A stretch of DNA of 64,000 nucleotides from positions 1,600,001 through 1,664,000 of the forward strand of contig OZ242008.1 in assembly GCA_965204735.1 (NCBI GenBank), read 5' to 3'. Both the position numbers and the translations under genes were made by a program. Origin of the DNA: Longimicrobiales bacterium. GTDB taxonomy: Bacteria > Gemmatimonadota > Gemmatimonadetes > Longimicrobiales > Gaopeijiaceae. This document shows, piece after piece, positions 44,759 through 54,973 of this stretch; positions within the stretch are counted from its first letter, which is position 1, and each line of letters opens with the position of its first letter. Under the pieces are notes generated by a model, which saw only the letters and a list, made by a program, of their open reading frames with translations, was not told the DNA's origin and searched no databases.

Positions 44759-45844
44759 ATGGCTCGTCGCACCACCGCCGTCCAGCGGTTCCCTGCGGCG
44801 CGGCGCCGCCCCCTTCCAGGCGTCGGCGGCGTCAGCGGACGCATTCCCGTTCCCGTCTCCTTCGACCACTTGGGCGAGCGGCGGACGACGGTCTCCTACC
44901 AGCTCCACCGGCCTCCCGACCTCCACGGGCCTCCCGACGACGTTCCCGTGGTGGCGCTGGGGGGCATCTCGGCCGGCCGTCGCCTGGCGCCCACCCCCGA
45001 AGCGCCCGGAGAGGGCTGGTGGCCCGGCGTGGTCGGGCCCGGCGCCGTGCTCGATCCGGCGTGCCGCCTGCTGGTGGGGGTCGACTACCTGGGAGGCCCC
45101 ACCCCGGACGCGGGCCTGCTCCGCCCGGTGACCAGCCACGACCAGGCCCGGGCGCTGGCGGCTCTTCTCGACCGGCTGGAGATGCCCCGGGCGTCGCTGG
45201 TGGGCGCTTCCTACGGCGGGATGGTGGCGCTGGCCTTCGCGGAGCTCTTCCCGGAGCGGGTTGCGCGGCTGGTTGTGCTGTGCGCCGCCCACCGCACCCA
45301 TCCCATGGCGACGGCGTGGCGCTCCGTCCAGCGCGAGGCGGTGCGCTTGGGCGCCCGAGCGGGGCTGGCCGCCGAGGGCCTTTCGCTGGCGCGCGCCCTG
45401 GCCATGACCACCTACCGCAGCGCCGACGAGTTCGAGGGCCGCTTCTCGTCGAGGCCGCTGCCGTCGGTCGCGCCGGACGCCGCCGAGCCTCCCTCCGGTC
45501 GCAGGCCGGGTCCCCGCTTCCCCGTCGAGAGCTACCTGCACGCCAGGGGCGCCGACTTCGCGGGCCGCTTCGAACCGGAGCGCTTCCTCGCCCTCTCCGA
45601 GTCGATCGACCTCCACTCGACCGAGCCGGCCTCGCTCCCCTCGTCGGCTCTTCTCGTGTCGGTGGCGAGCGACGCGCTGGTCCCCCCGTGGCTGGTGGAA
45701 CGCCTGGTGGCCCGAGGCGGCGGCGGAGCCCGCCACGTCGTCGTCGAGTCGCCCTTCGGCCACGACGCCTTCCTCAAGGAGGTCGAGCAGGTCTCCGCGC
45801 TGGTTCGCTCGGGACTGGCCCTAGCCGAGCCTAGCCGGGCCTAG
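44759..45844 (+). CDS. metX: Homoserine O-acyl (succinyl/acetyl) transferase, alpha/beta-hydrolase fold
   Basis: LGGISA, GWWPGVVG, GASYGGM nucleophile elbow, ARALAMTTYRS, GHDAFL; SAM riboswitch upstream. Confidence 0.88.
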   Translation: MARRTTAVQRFPAARRRPLPGVGGVSGRIPVPVSFDHLGERRTTVSYQLHRPPDLHGPPDDVPVVALGGISAGRRLAPTPEAPGEGWWPGVVGPGAVLDPACRLLVGVDYLGGPTPDAGLLRPVTSHDQARALAALLDRLEMPRASLVGASYGGMVALAFAELFPERVARLVVLCAAHRTHPMATAWRSVQREAVRLGARAGLAAEGLSLARALAMTTYRSADEFEGRFSSRPLPSVAPDAAEPPSGRRPGPRFPVESYLHARGADFAGRFEPERFLALSESIDLHSTEPASLPSSALLVSVASDALVPPWLVERLVARGGGGARHVVVESPFGHDAFLKEVEQVSALVRSGLALAEPSRA

Positions 45845-45850
45845 CCGAGC
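45821..45850. repeat. 3 x 10-bp tandem repeat (ctagccgRgc) at the convergent stop junction
   Basis: ctagccgagc ctagccgggc ctagccgagc; the third CTAG supplies both stop codons. Confidence 0.85.
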
Positions 45851-47223
45851 CCCTTTCCCGACAGCATCCACTCGTACGCGGGGCGGACCTCCACGCCGGA
45901 CGGCGCTTTCGCCGGCAATCCGTCCCGGGTGAGGGTCAGGAGCAACTGACGAGCCCCGGGGAACTCGGCGGCCGCAGCGTCGAGGGCCCGGAGCTCGCGA
46001 GCGGCAGTGGCCGGATCGGACATGTCGGCGCACACCTGGATCAGCTCCGTTCGTCCACACGGAGTCCGGGCCAGAAAGTCCACTTCGTGGCCTTGGCGGG
46101 TCCGCACGTAGGCGACTTCGCACCGTCGCCGCTCCAACTCGACCAGGACCGCCGTCTCCAGAGCATGTCCCACGTCGGCTCGACCGCTCCGATCGAACAC
46201 CGGGATCAATCCCGTGTCTGCCGGGTACGCCTTGCGCGGGTTGACCATCCGCCTGCGCGCCGAGGCGGACTCGACCTCCACGACGCGCACGAGGAAGCAG
46301 TCCTCGAGGCAGGCGAGGAACTCGTGCAGCGTGTCCTTGGCCACCGGGACGCCCTGGGACTTGAGCCTGGCGTGAAACTTCTGGACGCTGAACGAACCGG
46401 CGGCGTTGCCGAGCAGGTGTCGCACCATCCACCGCAGGGCGGTCACGTTGCGCACTCGATGGCGCTCCACCACGTCGCGCAGGACCGCGACGTCCACATA
46501 GTCCCGCAGAAGCTGCATCCTGGTCGCTTGGTCGAGTCCCTGGGCCTCCGGGAAGCCGCCCTCGGACAGCCAGTCCAGGAAGGCGCGCTCGAGGCGGGAA
46601 CGGTCGCGCCCCGACAGCAGCTCGGGCGACTCGGGCGCACGCCGTCCCCGGTCCGCCAGCGATTCCGCGAAGCTGAAAGGGTGGAGCGGCACCTGCCACG
46701 CCCGACCGCGAAGCGACGTCGCCACTTCTCGGGAGAGCAGCGTCGCCGAGGACCCGGCGACCACGACCTCCGCGTCGCCGGCGTCCAAGAGCCTGCGGAC
46801 GAACCGCTCCCAACCCGGAACCACCTGGATCTCGTCGAAATGCCACGTGACGCGGTCGAGGCTGCTGCGCCCCTCTCCGTCGTCGGACACCGGGAACTGC
46901 CGGTAGTACTCGTCCAGCAGCAGGTGGAGGCGGGCGGCGTCGAGTCCGGCCAGCCGCTCGTCCTCGAAAGAGAGGTAGGGGAGCCGCGCCTTCGGCACGC
47001 CCTGGCCGATGCGCTCGGCCCGAAGCTGGTGCAGGAAGGTGGTCTTGCCGACTCGGCGCATTCCGACCGCGACGGTCGCCTTGCCGGCCAGGCGCACTCT
47101 GCCCCGGAGTCGGCGCGGCGTGAAGTCGGGCAACGGTCGTCGAACCGAGTCGGCTAGCTGCTCCCTGAAGACCTGCTTCAGAAGCGGCGTCGGCGCTGTC
47201 GGCCCCGTGGAAGTTGTTCTCAT
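45841..47223 (-). CDS. AAA_14-family ATPase with DUF4143 / PD-(D/E)xK-like C-terminus
   Basis: GMRRVGKT, FDEIQ, AGSS, LRGR, GGFPE, KAYPADTG, HEVDF...LIQV. Confidence 0.9.
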   Translation of the reverse strand: MRTTSTGPTAPTPLLKQVFREQLADSVRRPLPDFTPRRLRGRVRLAGKATVAVGMRRVGKTTFLHQLRAERIGQGVPKARLPYLSFEDERLAGLDAARLHLLLDEYYRQFPVSDDGEGRSSLDRVTWHFDEIQVVPGWERFVRRLLDAGDAEVVVAGSSATLLSREVATSLRGRAWQVPLHPFSFAESLADRGRRAPESPELLSGRDRSRLERAFLDWLSEGGFPEAQGLDQATRMQLLRDYVDVAVLRDVVERHRVRNVTALRWMVRHLLGNAAGSFSVQKFHARLKSQGVPVAKDTLHEFLACLEDCFLVRVVEVESASARRRMVNPRKAYPADTGLIPVFDRSGRADVGHALETAVLVELERRRCEVAYVRTRQGHEVDFLARTPCGRTELIQVCADMSDPATAARELRALDAAAAEFPGARQLLLTLTRDGLPAKAPSGVEVRPAYEWMLSGKGLG

Positions 47224-47407
47224 CGAGAGACTCTCCGTCTTGGACGGAGAATCTAGACGATATTCATCCTTTCAAGAAGGACCATGTAGGAGCCGTGCGA
47301 CTTGGCCGGACCAGTGCCCAACGACAAGTTTCGTCGCCGTCCGGGTCCCGGAAGTACTCGCCCAGACTCGAGAGCGCCCGCCTCGGCCGTCCCAGGGGCC
47401 CTCTTGC

Positions 47408-48727
47408 CTACGACACCACCCGCCTGCCGGGTCGGGAGCGGTACTTCTCGTACAGCGACTTGTGCTTGTTGTCGAGGCTGACGCCCCGGCCGAGAATGAA
47501 GAGGTCCGTGACCTGGGTCTGGATCTCCAGCGGATCGCCGTCGGTGATCATGATGTTGGCGATCTTCCCCTCCTCGATCGTGCCGATCCGGTCGTCGACG
47601 CCCAGCATCTCGGCGGCGTTCTTGGTGACCGCTTCCAGCGCCGCGTGGCGGGGAAGGCCGTAGGGCACTGCCTGGGCCGCTTCGTAGGGCAGCGTCCGGG
47701 AATCCGAGGAGTTGAAGGTGGCGAAGGCGATCTTGACGCCGGCCGCGTGAAGCTTGCCCGGCGCGGCGTAGGCTTCGTCGTAGGGCTCGTCGGGTCCCGA
47801 GGGCATCGCCTGGGTCGGCGACATGATGACGCCCACGTCGTTCTCGGCCAGCCAGTCGGCGATCTTCCACGCCCCACGCCCGCCGGTGATCACGAAGTCG
47901 ATCTCCTGCCGCTGCGCCCATTCGACGGCGTTGCGGACGTCGCGCTCGCCGTTGGCCGCCAGGAGAACGGGCATTTCCCGGTTCACGACCTTGCCCATGG
48001 CCTCGTTCTTGAGGTCCCGACGGAGCTCCGCCCCCGCCTTCACGGCTTGGTCGTACCGGCGGGCCGCCTCGAACCACTCGTCGAGCCTTGCCACGGCCTC
48101 TTCGTAGCGCTCCTGCCGCTGTCGCCACCCTCCAGGGGCGGCGCCGCCCCGCCCGAAGCGCCCCCGTCCGCCGCTCAGGCTCGGGTAGTTCACGACCATC
48201 GCGACGCCCAGGTCGATCCCCATCTCCTCGACCGTCCAGCCGTCGAGCCCGACCAGGGACGCTTGGCCCACGATCGCGCCGTTGCCGCCCTGGGGCGCCG
48301 CCATGGTGATCGCAATGCCGTTGGCCCTTGCGACGGGAATGTGCTCGGTGGCCGGGTGAATCGCCGTCGCGGCCTGCAGGTGCGGGTTGAAGTCGCCCTG
48401 CTCGCGGGAGTCGTTGGTCACGTCCACGGCGCCGATCTCGGTGAGCCCCAGGCCGGACACGGCGTCGAACATGCCCGGGTAGACGTGCTTGCCCGTGGCG
48501 TCCACGACCTCGGCCCCGGCGGGCGCCTCCACGTTCGGTCCCACGGCCGCGATCCGGTCGCCCTGGATCACGACCGTGCCCACGAACGAGTCCCCGGCCA
48601 GGGTGTGCACGGTTCCGCCCTGTATGACGTAGGTCTGGGCCGCCGTCGGCGCGGTCGCGGCCGCGGCTGCCGTCCCGACCCAGAGGGCGAGCGTCGTCGC
48701 GAGTCCCGTCGATTTGGTTCGCGTCAT
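47408..48727 (-). CDS. Secreted amidohydrolase-family protein with degenerate metal-binding motif
   Basis: ATG at 48727 (ATGA overlap), signal peptide, DATGKHVYPGMFDA, GTIEEGKIAN. Confidence 0.88.
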   Translation of the reverse strand: MTRTKSTGLATTLALWVGTAAAAATAPTAAQTYVIQGGTVHTLAGDSFVGTVVIQGDRIAAVGPNVEAPAGAEVVDATGKHVYPGMFDAVSGLGLTEIGAVDVTNDSREQGDFNPHLQAATAIHPATEHIPVARANGIAITMAAPQGGNGAIVGQASLVGLDGWTVEEMGIDLGVAMVVNYPSLSGGRGRFGRGGAAPGGWRQRQERYEEAVARLDEWFEAARRYDQAVKAGAELRRDLKNEAMGKVVNREMPVLLAANGERDVRNAVEWAQRQEIDFVITGGRGAWKIADWLAENDVGVIMSPTQAMPSGPDEPYDEAYAAPGKLHAAGVKIAFATFNSSDSRTLPYEAAQAVPYGLPRHAALEAVTKNAAEMLGVDDRIGTIEEGKIANIMITDGDPLEIQTQVTDLFILGRGVSLDNKHKSLYEKYRSRPGRRVVS

Positions 48728-51525
48728 CGGTTGTCTCCCAAGTGCTTCTCGACGAGTGCGTCCTTTTCGGCCTGCACGGCTTCCTGGCGCTCTCGGTCCA
48801 TGTCGATGTCGAAGTACAGCTTCCCGTCCACGTAGGTCTGCACCGCCTTGCCGTACATGCTCAGCGGGTGCCCTTCCCAGATCGCCAGGTCCGCGTCCTT
48901 GCCCTCGTCCACCGATCCGATCCGGTCCTCGATGCCGAACTGGATCGCCGGGTTGAGGGTGATCAGGCGCAGCGCCTGCTCTTCGTCCATTCCGCCCCAC
49001 TTCATCGCCTTGGCGGCTTCCTGGTTGAGGTGGCGTATCTCTTCGCCGGAGTCGGAGTTGATCGACACCAGCACGCCGCGCTCGGTCATCAGCGCCGCGT
49101 TGTGGGGAATCGCGTCGTAGGCTTCGACCTTGTACGCCCACCAGTCGGAGAAGGTGGACGCGCCCGCGCCGTGGACCGCGATCTCGTCGGCCACCTTGTA
49201 GCCCTCCAGCACGTGGTGCAGCGTGCGCACGGTGAAGCCGAACTCCTCTGCCAGGCGCAGCAGCTGCAGGATTTCGTCGGCCCGGTACGAGTGGGAGTGG
49301 ACCCAGCGCTCGCCCGTCAGGATCTCCATGAGCGCCTCGAGCTTCAGGTCGCGGCGCGGCGCGGCGCCCCTCCGGCCCCCCGCCTCGTAGGCGTCCCACT
49401 CCTCCATGTACTCCCGGGTGTCCAGGAAGGCTTGTCGGATCACGTCCTGCACGCCCATCCGCGTCGCCGGGTAGCGGTCCGGGTTGCGGTCGCGCTTCGT
49501 GTTCTCGCCCAGCGCGAACTTGATCCCCTTGCGGGCGCCCACCCGCAGGTCGGCGGCGTCGGCGCCCCAGCGCAGCTTGATCACCGAGTTGCCCCCGCCG
49601 ATGGGGTTGGCCGAGCCGTGGAGGATGTTGATCGTGGTCACGCCGCCCGCCAGCGCCCGGTACATCCCCACGTCCTCGGGGCGGAGCACGTCCTCGATCG
49701 TCACCATCGACGAAATGTTGACGGTGCCTTCGTTGATGCTCAGCGCCGCCATGTGGGAGTGGGCGTCGAAGATGCCGGGGGTGACGTACTTGCCCGTCGC
49801 GTCCACCACGGTCGCGCCGGTGGGAGCGTTCAGGGCCGTGCCGATCTCGGCGATCTTGCCGTCGCGCACGAGGATGTCCGTGTTCTCCAGGGTCCCTCGG
49901 GACGCGGTGAGCACGGTGGCGTTGCGGATCAGCGTCGTCGGGTCGTCGCGGTAGGGACCCTTGTCGGGGCTCATGGGGATCGGGGGCGCCGCCGGATCGG
50001 GTCCGGAGGCGCCGGCGCCGGGACCGCCGCGCCTGCCGCGTCCTCCCCGAGCTTCCCCGTCGCCGCCGCTGGGTCCCGCCTCGGGCCCGGCGCTCGCGCC
50101 TTCGTCCGCCTCCTCGTCGTCCGCTTCGTCGTCGGCGCCCTTCACGTCGAACATCTCGCCGTCCACGAAGACCGTCTCGATGCGGGCGTCCTCGTCCAGC
50201 AGGTCTCCGCCGGCGACCACCAAGTTGGCGATCTTGCCCTCCTCGACCGAGCCCAGTCGGTCGGCGACTCCGAAGATCTCCGCGGGCGCCAGGGTCAGCG
50301 CCCGGATCGCGTCCTCTTCCGAGAGCCCCTGGGCGACGGCCCGGCGCACGGCGGCCAGCGCCTCGGACGGCCGGTCCAGGCCGCCGGTGTAGAAGGCGAA
50401 GGGCACGTCGGCTTCGGCGAGGGCCGCCGGCGTGGTCGGGGCCCGGTCGAAGAGACGGAGCTGCTCGAGCGACGGCACGGCCTCCGGGTCGGCGTCCGTG
50501 GGCGGGGCGGGCCACTCCAGGTCCACAAGGACCGGGATGCCGGCGTCGGCCAGCATGTCGGCCGCCGCGTAGGTCCCGTGGCCGCCGTAGACGATCGGCT
50601 TCACGCCCATCTCGCGGGTGGTCTCGACGGCGCGCCCCACGTCGGACCGGCTGGTGGCGGGGAAGAGGGCCGGCCATGCCTCGTCGAACTGAAGGCGGAT
50701 CGGCTCCAGCGCCATGTCCCACTCGGGGCGCCGCTTGCCCCTGGGGTCGGCCTCGTAGGCGGCCCACGCGTCGTCGTAGTGCTTGGCGTCGTAGTAGAGC
50801 TGCTTGAGGTAGGCAAACACGCCCATGGGGCTGCCCGGGTACCCGGTGTACGTCCGCGACTGGTCCCGAAGGTTGACCCGCATTGCGACGGGCGTGGCCA
50901 CCACCATCTCCCGGGGCCGGTCGAAGGACCGGAGGTTGAGGACGGCGGCCTGGCCCGGCACCAGTCCTTGGTGGCGCGCGCTGACGACGGTGGTGAAGCC
51001 CGCGTTGCGCCAGCTCTCGAAGCGGTCGTCGTCGGCGTCGATGTCGTCGGCCGCAGTGAGCCAAGTGGACGTTCCCGGACGGTCCTCCGGCCCCCACGAG
51101 TGGGTCGAAGGGTCGGGCTGGGCGCCGCCGGGGCCGCCGCCGAAGCCGAAGCCTCCTCGCGGCTGCTGGGGCGGCGAGCCGTGGCCGAGGGTGGTCAGGG
51201 CGTCGAAGAGGCCGGGGTACACCGTCTTGCCCGAGCCGTCGATCACCCAAGCGCCCGGCGGGACCGAGACGCCCGCCCCGACCGCGCCGATCACGCCGTC
51301 GTCGACCACGACCGTCCCGTTGTCGATCACCGCGCCGGACACCGTGACGATGCGCGCGCCGGAGATGGCGTAGAGCCGCACGTCCTCGGGGCGAGTGGGG
51401 CGCGGCTGGGCGGCGAGGGCGGGCGGGGCCAGGGCGGACGCCAGCACGGGGGCGGCAACGGTCAGGGCCGCCAAGACCGGCGGGGCCAAGCGTCGCCGTC
51501 GGGCGGAACGCAACCATCGGGTCAC
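48724..51525 (-). CDS. Secreted two-domain amidohydrolase-family protein
   Basis: First domain YPGLFDALT...GSVEEGKIAN; acidic/Gly linker; second domain PGIFDAHSH, HSYRADE, SINSDS, GKDAD. Confidence 0.9.
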   Translation of the reverse strand: MTRWLRSARRRRLAPPVLAALTVAAPVLASALAPPALAAQPRPTRPEDVRLYAISGARIVTVSGAVIDNGTVVVDDGVIGAVGAGVSVPPGAWVIDGSGKTVYPGLFDALTTLGHGSPPQQPRGGFGFGGGPGGAQPDPSTHSWGPEDRPGTSTWLTAADDIDADDDRFESWRNAGFTTVVSARHQGLVPGQAAVLNLRSFDRPREMVVATPVAMRVNLRDQSRTYTGYPGSPMGVFAYLKQLYYDAKHYDDAWAAYEADPRGKRRPEWDMALEPIRLQFDEAWPALFPATSRSDVGRAVETTREMGVKPIVYGGHGTYAAADMLADAGIPVLVDLEWPAPPTDADPEAVPSLEQLRLFDRAPTTPAALAEADVPFAFYTGGLDRPSEALAAVRRAVAQGLSEEDAIRALTLAPAEIFGVADRLGSVEEGKIANLVVAGGDLLDEDARIETVFVDGEMFDVKGADDEADDEEADEGASAGPEAGPSGGDGEARGGRGRRGGPGAGASGPDPAAPPIPMSPDKGPYRDDPTTLIRNATVLTASRGTLENTDILVRDGKIAEIGTALNAPTGATVVDATGKYVTPGIFDAHSHMAALSINEGTVNISSMVTIEDVLRPEDVGMYRALAGGVTTINILHGSANPIGGGNSVIKLRWGADAADLRVGARKGIKFALGENTKRDRNPDRYPATRMGVQDVIRQAFLDTREYMEEWDAYEAGGRRGAAPRRDLKLEALMEILTGERWVHSHSYRADEILQLLRLAEEFGFTVRTLHHVLEGYKVADEIAVHGAGASTFSDWWAYKVEAYDAIPHNAALMTERGVLVSINSDSGEEIRHLNQEAAKAMKWGGMDEEQALRLITLNPAIQFGIEDRIGSVDEGKDADLAIWEGHPLSMYGKAVQTYVDGKLYFDIDMDRERQEAVQAEKDALVEKHLGDNR

Positions 51526-51663
51526 GGGGGTCCTCCGTCGAGAGTGGGTCGCCGCCGTCCCGCGCCGGGGCGCGACGGCGAGCTGCCGAGGGTCGAGGGG
51601 GAAACGATACGGGCGCGACGCGGGTTCTGCCAGAAAAGGCGGGGCGGCGAAGACAGGAGAGCG

Positions 51664-53085
51664 TCACTTGATCAGCAGAATGCGCTCCGCGACTGGGTAG
51701 AGCCATTCGACGCCGCGCTCCGTGACCACCGCGTCGTCCTCGAGGGGGATGCGTACCTTGGCGTTGCCCCACTCCGGGTTGGCCGTGTAGGCGAAGAGCT
51801 CCACCGAGATCAGGGTGCCGGGGCGGAGCTCGTAGCTCTGCCGCGTGGGGTTGAAGAACGCCAGCGACGGACCGATGCCGTGTCCCCAGTTGCCCACCGA
51901 GTGGGGGCCGATCACCACGTCGGTGACCGCCGGATCGTCCGTCGGCTGGTTGAATTCGATTCGGTTGAAGCCAGCCGCTTCGATCGCCGCCCACGTTGCG
52001 TCCAGGGCGGCCTTGGCCGTAGGGGCGGGCTTGATCGAGGCCTTCATGACGTCGCGCACCTCCTTCGCCCTGTCGAATGCGCGCTGAATCCCTGGCGGCG
52101 CCTCGGTCTCGCCGTCCCGCAGGACGTAGGCGATCCGCTTCATGTCGGTGTAGAAGTCGAGAAACCCGACGCCCCAGTCGATCATCAGCAGGTCGCCCCT
52201 TTGGATGATCCGGGCCGACGACGTGGCCTCGATGCCGCCGGGTCCGGTGACGTAGACCGACGGCATGTCGAAGGAAGACTCCAGCCCCCTTTCCAGCAGC
52301 CGGTCCCAGATCCACCACGCCACGTCTTCGAGCGCAGTGACGCCGGGGCGGATCACCTGGTTGGAGAAGGCGCGCTCCGCGATCTCGCGGCTCGTTTCGC
52401 CGGCTTCGGCGAAGGCGGCGATCTCGCTGGCGGTGCGGGTGCTCCGAAAGTCCGAAACGAAGCGCTCGGCGGAAACGAGGCGGTCGCGGTAGGGAGCGCC
52501 CAGCGTTTCCTGCAGGTGCAGGTAGGAAGTGTGGGAAAGGCCGTCGGCCCCGCCTATCGACTTGGCGACATTGACGCCGATCCGCTCGGGGTCGCGCTCG
52601 GCCACGTACTCCCGGAGCGACGCCGCGCCGCCGAAGTGGTCGTAGACGCCGCAACGCTCGAGCATGTAGCCGCCCGCTCCGAGAACGGCGCGCTCGACGC
52701 GGGGTTGGCCTCCGCTCAAGGCAGCGCGCCCGCCGGTTCCACTGCCGTCGCGCGAGGCGTCGGGGCCGTCGGCGCCGCCGGCCGTGAACACCCAGTACGC
52801 CCAGTCGCCCACGTAGCCCCGGCCCAGCGCTTCCCACATGGGGTCGAGGAGCGCTTCCCGCATGACCACGATCCACATCTCCAGATCGTTGTCCGCCATG
52901 GCCTTGGGGAGCACCAAGTCGAACTTCTCGGCGCGGATCTGGCACATCCGCTCCCAGCGACGTCGAGCTTCCTGGCCGTCGAGGGCCGTCGGAGCGGCCG
53001 CCGCGCAGGCCGCCGTCGCCGCCAGCAGAGCCGCTCTCGCAAGCCGCTCCGCCGTTGCGCTCGCCGTTGCGACCGCTCGCCTCAC
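51664..53085 (-). CDS. M24-family (Xaa-Pro aminopeptidase-like) metallopeptidase
   Basis: GDLLMIDWG..FYTDMKR, HSVGNWGHG, SVE, LEDD; GTGA-coupled start. Confidence 0.88.
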   Translation of the reverse strand: MRRAVATASATAERLARAALLAATAACAAAAPTALDGQEARRRWERMCQIRAEKFDLVLPKAMADNDLEMWIVVMREALLDPMWEALGRGYVGDWAYWVFTAGGADGPDASRDGSGTGGRAALSGGQPRVERAVLGAGGYMLERCGVYDHFGGAASLREYVAERDPERIGVNVAKSIGGADGLSHTSYLHLQETLGAPYRDRLVSAERFVSDFRSTRTASEIAAFAEAGETSREIAERAFSNQVIRPGVTALEDVAWWIWDRLLERGLESSFDMPSVYVTGPGGIEATSSARIIQRGDLLMIDWGVGFLDFYTDMKRIAYVLRDGETEAPPGIQRAFDRAKEVRDVMKASIKPAPTAKAALDATWAAIEAAGFNRIEFNQPTDDPAVTDVVIGPHSVGNWGHGIGPSLAFFNPTRQSYELRPGTLISVELFAYTANPEWGNAKVRIPLEDDAVVTERGVEWLYPVAERILLIK

Positions 53086-54929
53086 CTGACCGCCACCCAC
53101 GCCGAGCGCGCGACGCCGCCCTTGTCGGACCGGGCCGTCGCCCGGACCGCCCGCTCGGCGCCCGTCGCCCGCACGACCCACGACACCGTGTGCGATCCGG
53201 ACTCGGCGGCCTCCAAGAAAGGATTCGACCCCGCCAAGTGGGGAATCGCGGTTCGGCGAGTTCCCTCCGCCAGCTCGAGCCCGGGATGCTCCAGCACGAC
53301 CGCCGGCGCCCGCACGACGAGGCGGTCCACGGTTCCGTCCGGCCGCTCGCGACCCACGGCGCCCCGGTCGGTCAGGCTCGTCGGCAGGAAGCCGGCGTTG
53401 GTCACCGTGACCTCCACGCGGAACGTCTCGCCCGCGCCCGCGCCTGCACCGCCGGTTTCCCCCACGGCCGTCACGACGGGATCGCTCACTTCCAGCATCG
53501 GGCTCTGCTCGGCCAAGTAGAGGATCCACGGCAGCTGCATCGCCGTCTCCTCCTCCAGGAACTCCGGCGGCGGGTTCTGGCCCCAGAACTTGGAGCGCCA
53601 GCCGCCGATCTCCACGGAGCCCAGCTGCGGGTGGTCGAACGCCGTCCACTCCGAGAAGTACCGCCCGTCCAGCTCCTCGTCGTCGAAGCGGTGCTCCTCG
53701 GCCGGGCTGATCTCGCCGTCGCCGTCGTAGTCGGTCGTCCAAGCCTCGGGCCCCGGCGAGAACTCGGGAACCCATCCGACGATTCCATGGTCCCAGTAGC
53801 CCCAGGAGATGAACGTGCCGTAGCGGTGCTCGGTGGGATGGGTCGCGCTTGGCACGACGGGACGGCCCGTGGTCCGCGTGTACTCCTCGCCCAGGTGCAC
53901 GATCAGCGACAGGTCGATCCGGGGGAAGAGCGACGGCGCAGACGCGGACGGCAGGCGGTACACGAAGCCGCCCGACGTGTGGCCGTGAACGATCCCCGTG
54001 ATGTTCCGGCGCCCGTTGACGAACTCGACGGCGGCACGGGTTTCCGGCTCCGAGAGGGGGTAGTCGCCCGCCCCCGGCTGCAGGTGGACCCGTTCCCAGT
54101 TCCGGGGGAAGTTGCGGTTCATGTCGAGTCCGCCGATCCCGTCCTCGTTGATCCGGCCGTCGCCGTCGTTGTCCACGCCTTCCCGCAGGACCCGAAAGCG
54201 GGGTCCGGCCATTGCCCGGCCCGCATCGCGCACAACGATCCGGTCGTCCTCCGGGTCGGCCGCCCACTCTCCCTCGTCGTCGGGGACGCGCATCTGAGTG
54301 ATCCAGCCGTCGCCGTCCAGGTCCTCGGGCGGGTCCTCGTCGTCGGCGCCGTCCTCGTCCTCGTCCACCGGGCGGGTCGTGCTGCGCAGGAACTGGTCGT
54401 GCACCAGCGCCAAGTCCGATCCGTCCGGGTTGAACTTGGGCCGCACGTAGAAGGCGCGGGCGTCCAGGAGCGCCGTGATCCGGGGGTCGCGACCGTAGCC
54501 GTTCAGCAGGTGGCCCACCAGATGAGTGGCGACGGCCGAGCTCGCGAGCTCGCCGGCGTGAATGCCGCCGTCCACGTACAGGGCGGGCTTATCGGCCGCC
54601 GGCCCGGTGGCCTCGTTCGTGATCTCGATCACCATCAGGGGCCGGCCCCGCCAGCTCTCGCCGACCTTGACCAGCTCCGTGAGCTCCGAGTACAGGGCGT
54701 GGAACTCTCGGAGGATCTGGTCGGTTTCGGCGGCCGTGTAGTAGCGGTTCCAGTCGACTTCGCCCGTGGGCGACACCAAGCTCGACGACTGGGCCGCGAC
54801 GGGCGGCGCCATGGCGGAGAGAGCAGCGCACGCGGCCAGGGCCGGGAAGAGACCACCGGCCGCCGGGCCGCCGGCGGTTGCTCCAGCGCGAGGGGAAAAC
54901 GCAAGGGGGAGTTGAAGCCGGCGATGCAT
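53082..54929 (-). CDS. M14-family zinc carboxypeptidase
   Basis: GGIHAGE (HxxE), NPDG, DMNRNF, PLSEPET, HGHTSG, DxDxDG Ca-binding repeats. GGAGG RBS before ATG 54929. Confidence 0.92.
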   Translation of the reverse strand: MHRRLQLPLAFSPRAGATAGGPAAGGLFPALAACAALSAMAPPVAAQSSSLVSPTGEVDWNRYYTAAETDQILREFHALYSELTELVKVGESWRGRPLMVIEITNEATGPAADKPALYVDGGIHAGELASSAVATHLVGHLLNGYGRDPRITALLDARAFYVRPKFNPDGSDLALVHDQFLRSTTRPVDEDEDGADDEDPPEDLDGDGWITQMRVPDDEGEWAADPEDDRIVVRDAGRAMAGPRFRVLREGVDNDGDGRINEDGIGGLDMNRNFPRNWERVHLQPGAGDYPLSEPETRAAVEFVNGRRNITGIVHGHTSGGFVYRLPSASAPSLFPRIDLSLIVHLGEEYTRTTGRPVVPSATHPTEHRYGTFISWGYWDHGIVGWVPEFSPGPEAWTTDYDGDGEISPAEEHRFDDEELDGRYFSEWTAFDHPQLGSVEIGGWRSKFWGQNPPPEFLEEETAMQLPWILYLAEQSPMLEVSDPVVTAVGETGGAGAGAGETFRVEVTVTNAGFLPTSLTDRGAVGRERPDGTVDRLVVRAPAVVLEHPGLELAEGTRRTAIPHLAGSNPFLEAAESGSHTVSWVVRATGAERAVRATARSDKGGVARSAWVAVR

Positions 54930-54973
54930 GGCGGCGCCTCCAGGGGTTTCGTGCTCGGGAGGCGCTGGCCGCC

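Noticed and set aside
48742..53520. 1592-aa plus-strand ORF, and similar long antisense ORFs (16471-19380, 24906-28691, 28961-32473, 60583-63045)
   Set aside because: They mirror well-supported genes on the opposite strand and have no recognisable motifs; such shadow ORFs are expected at very high GC.
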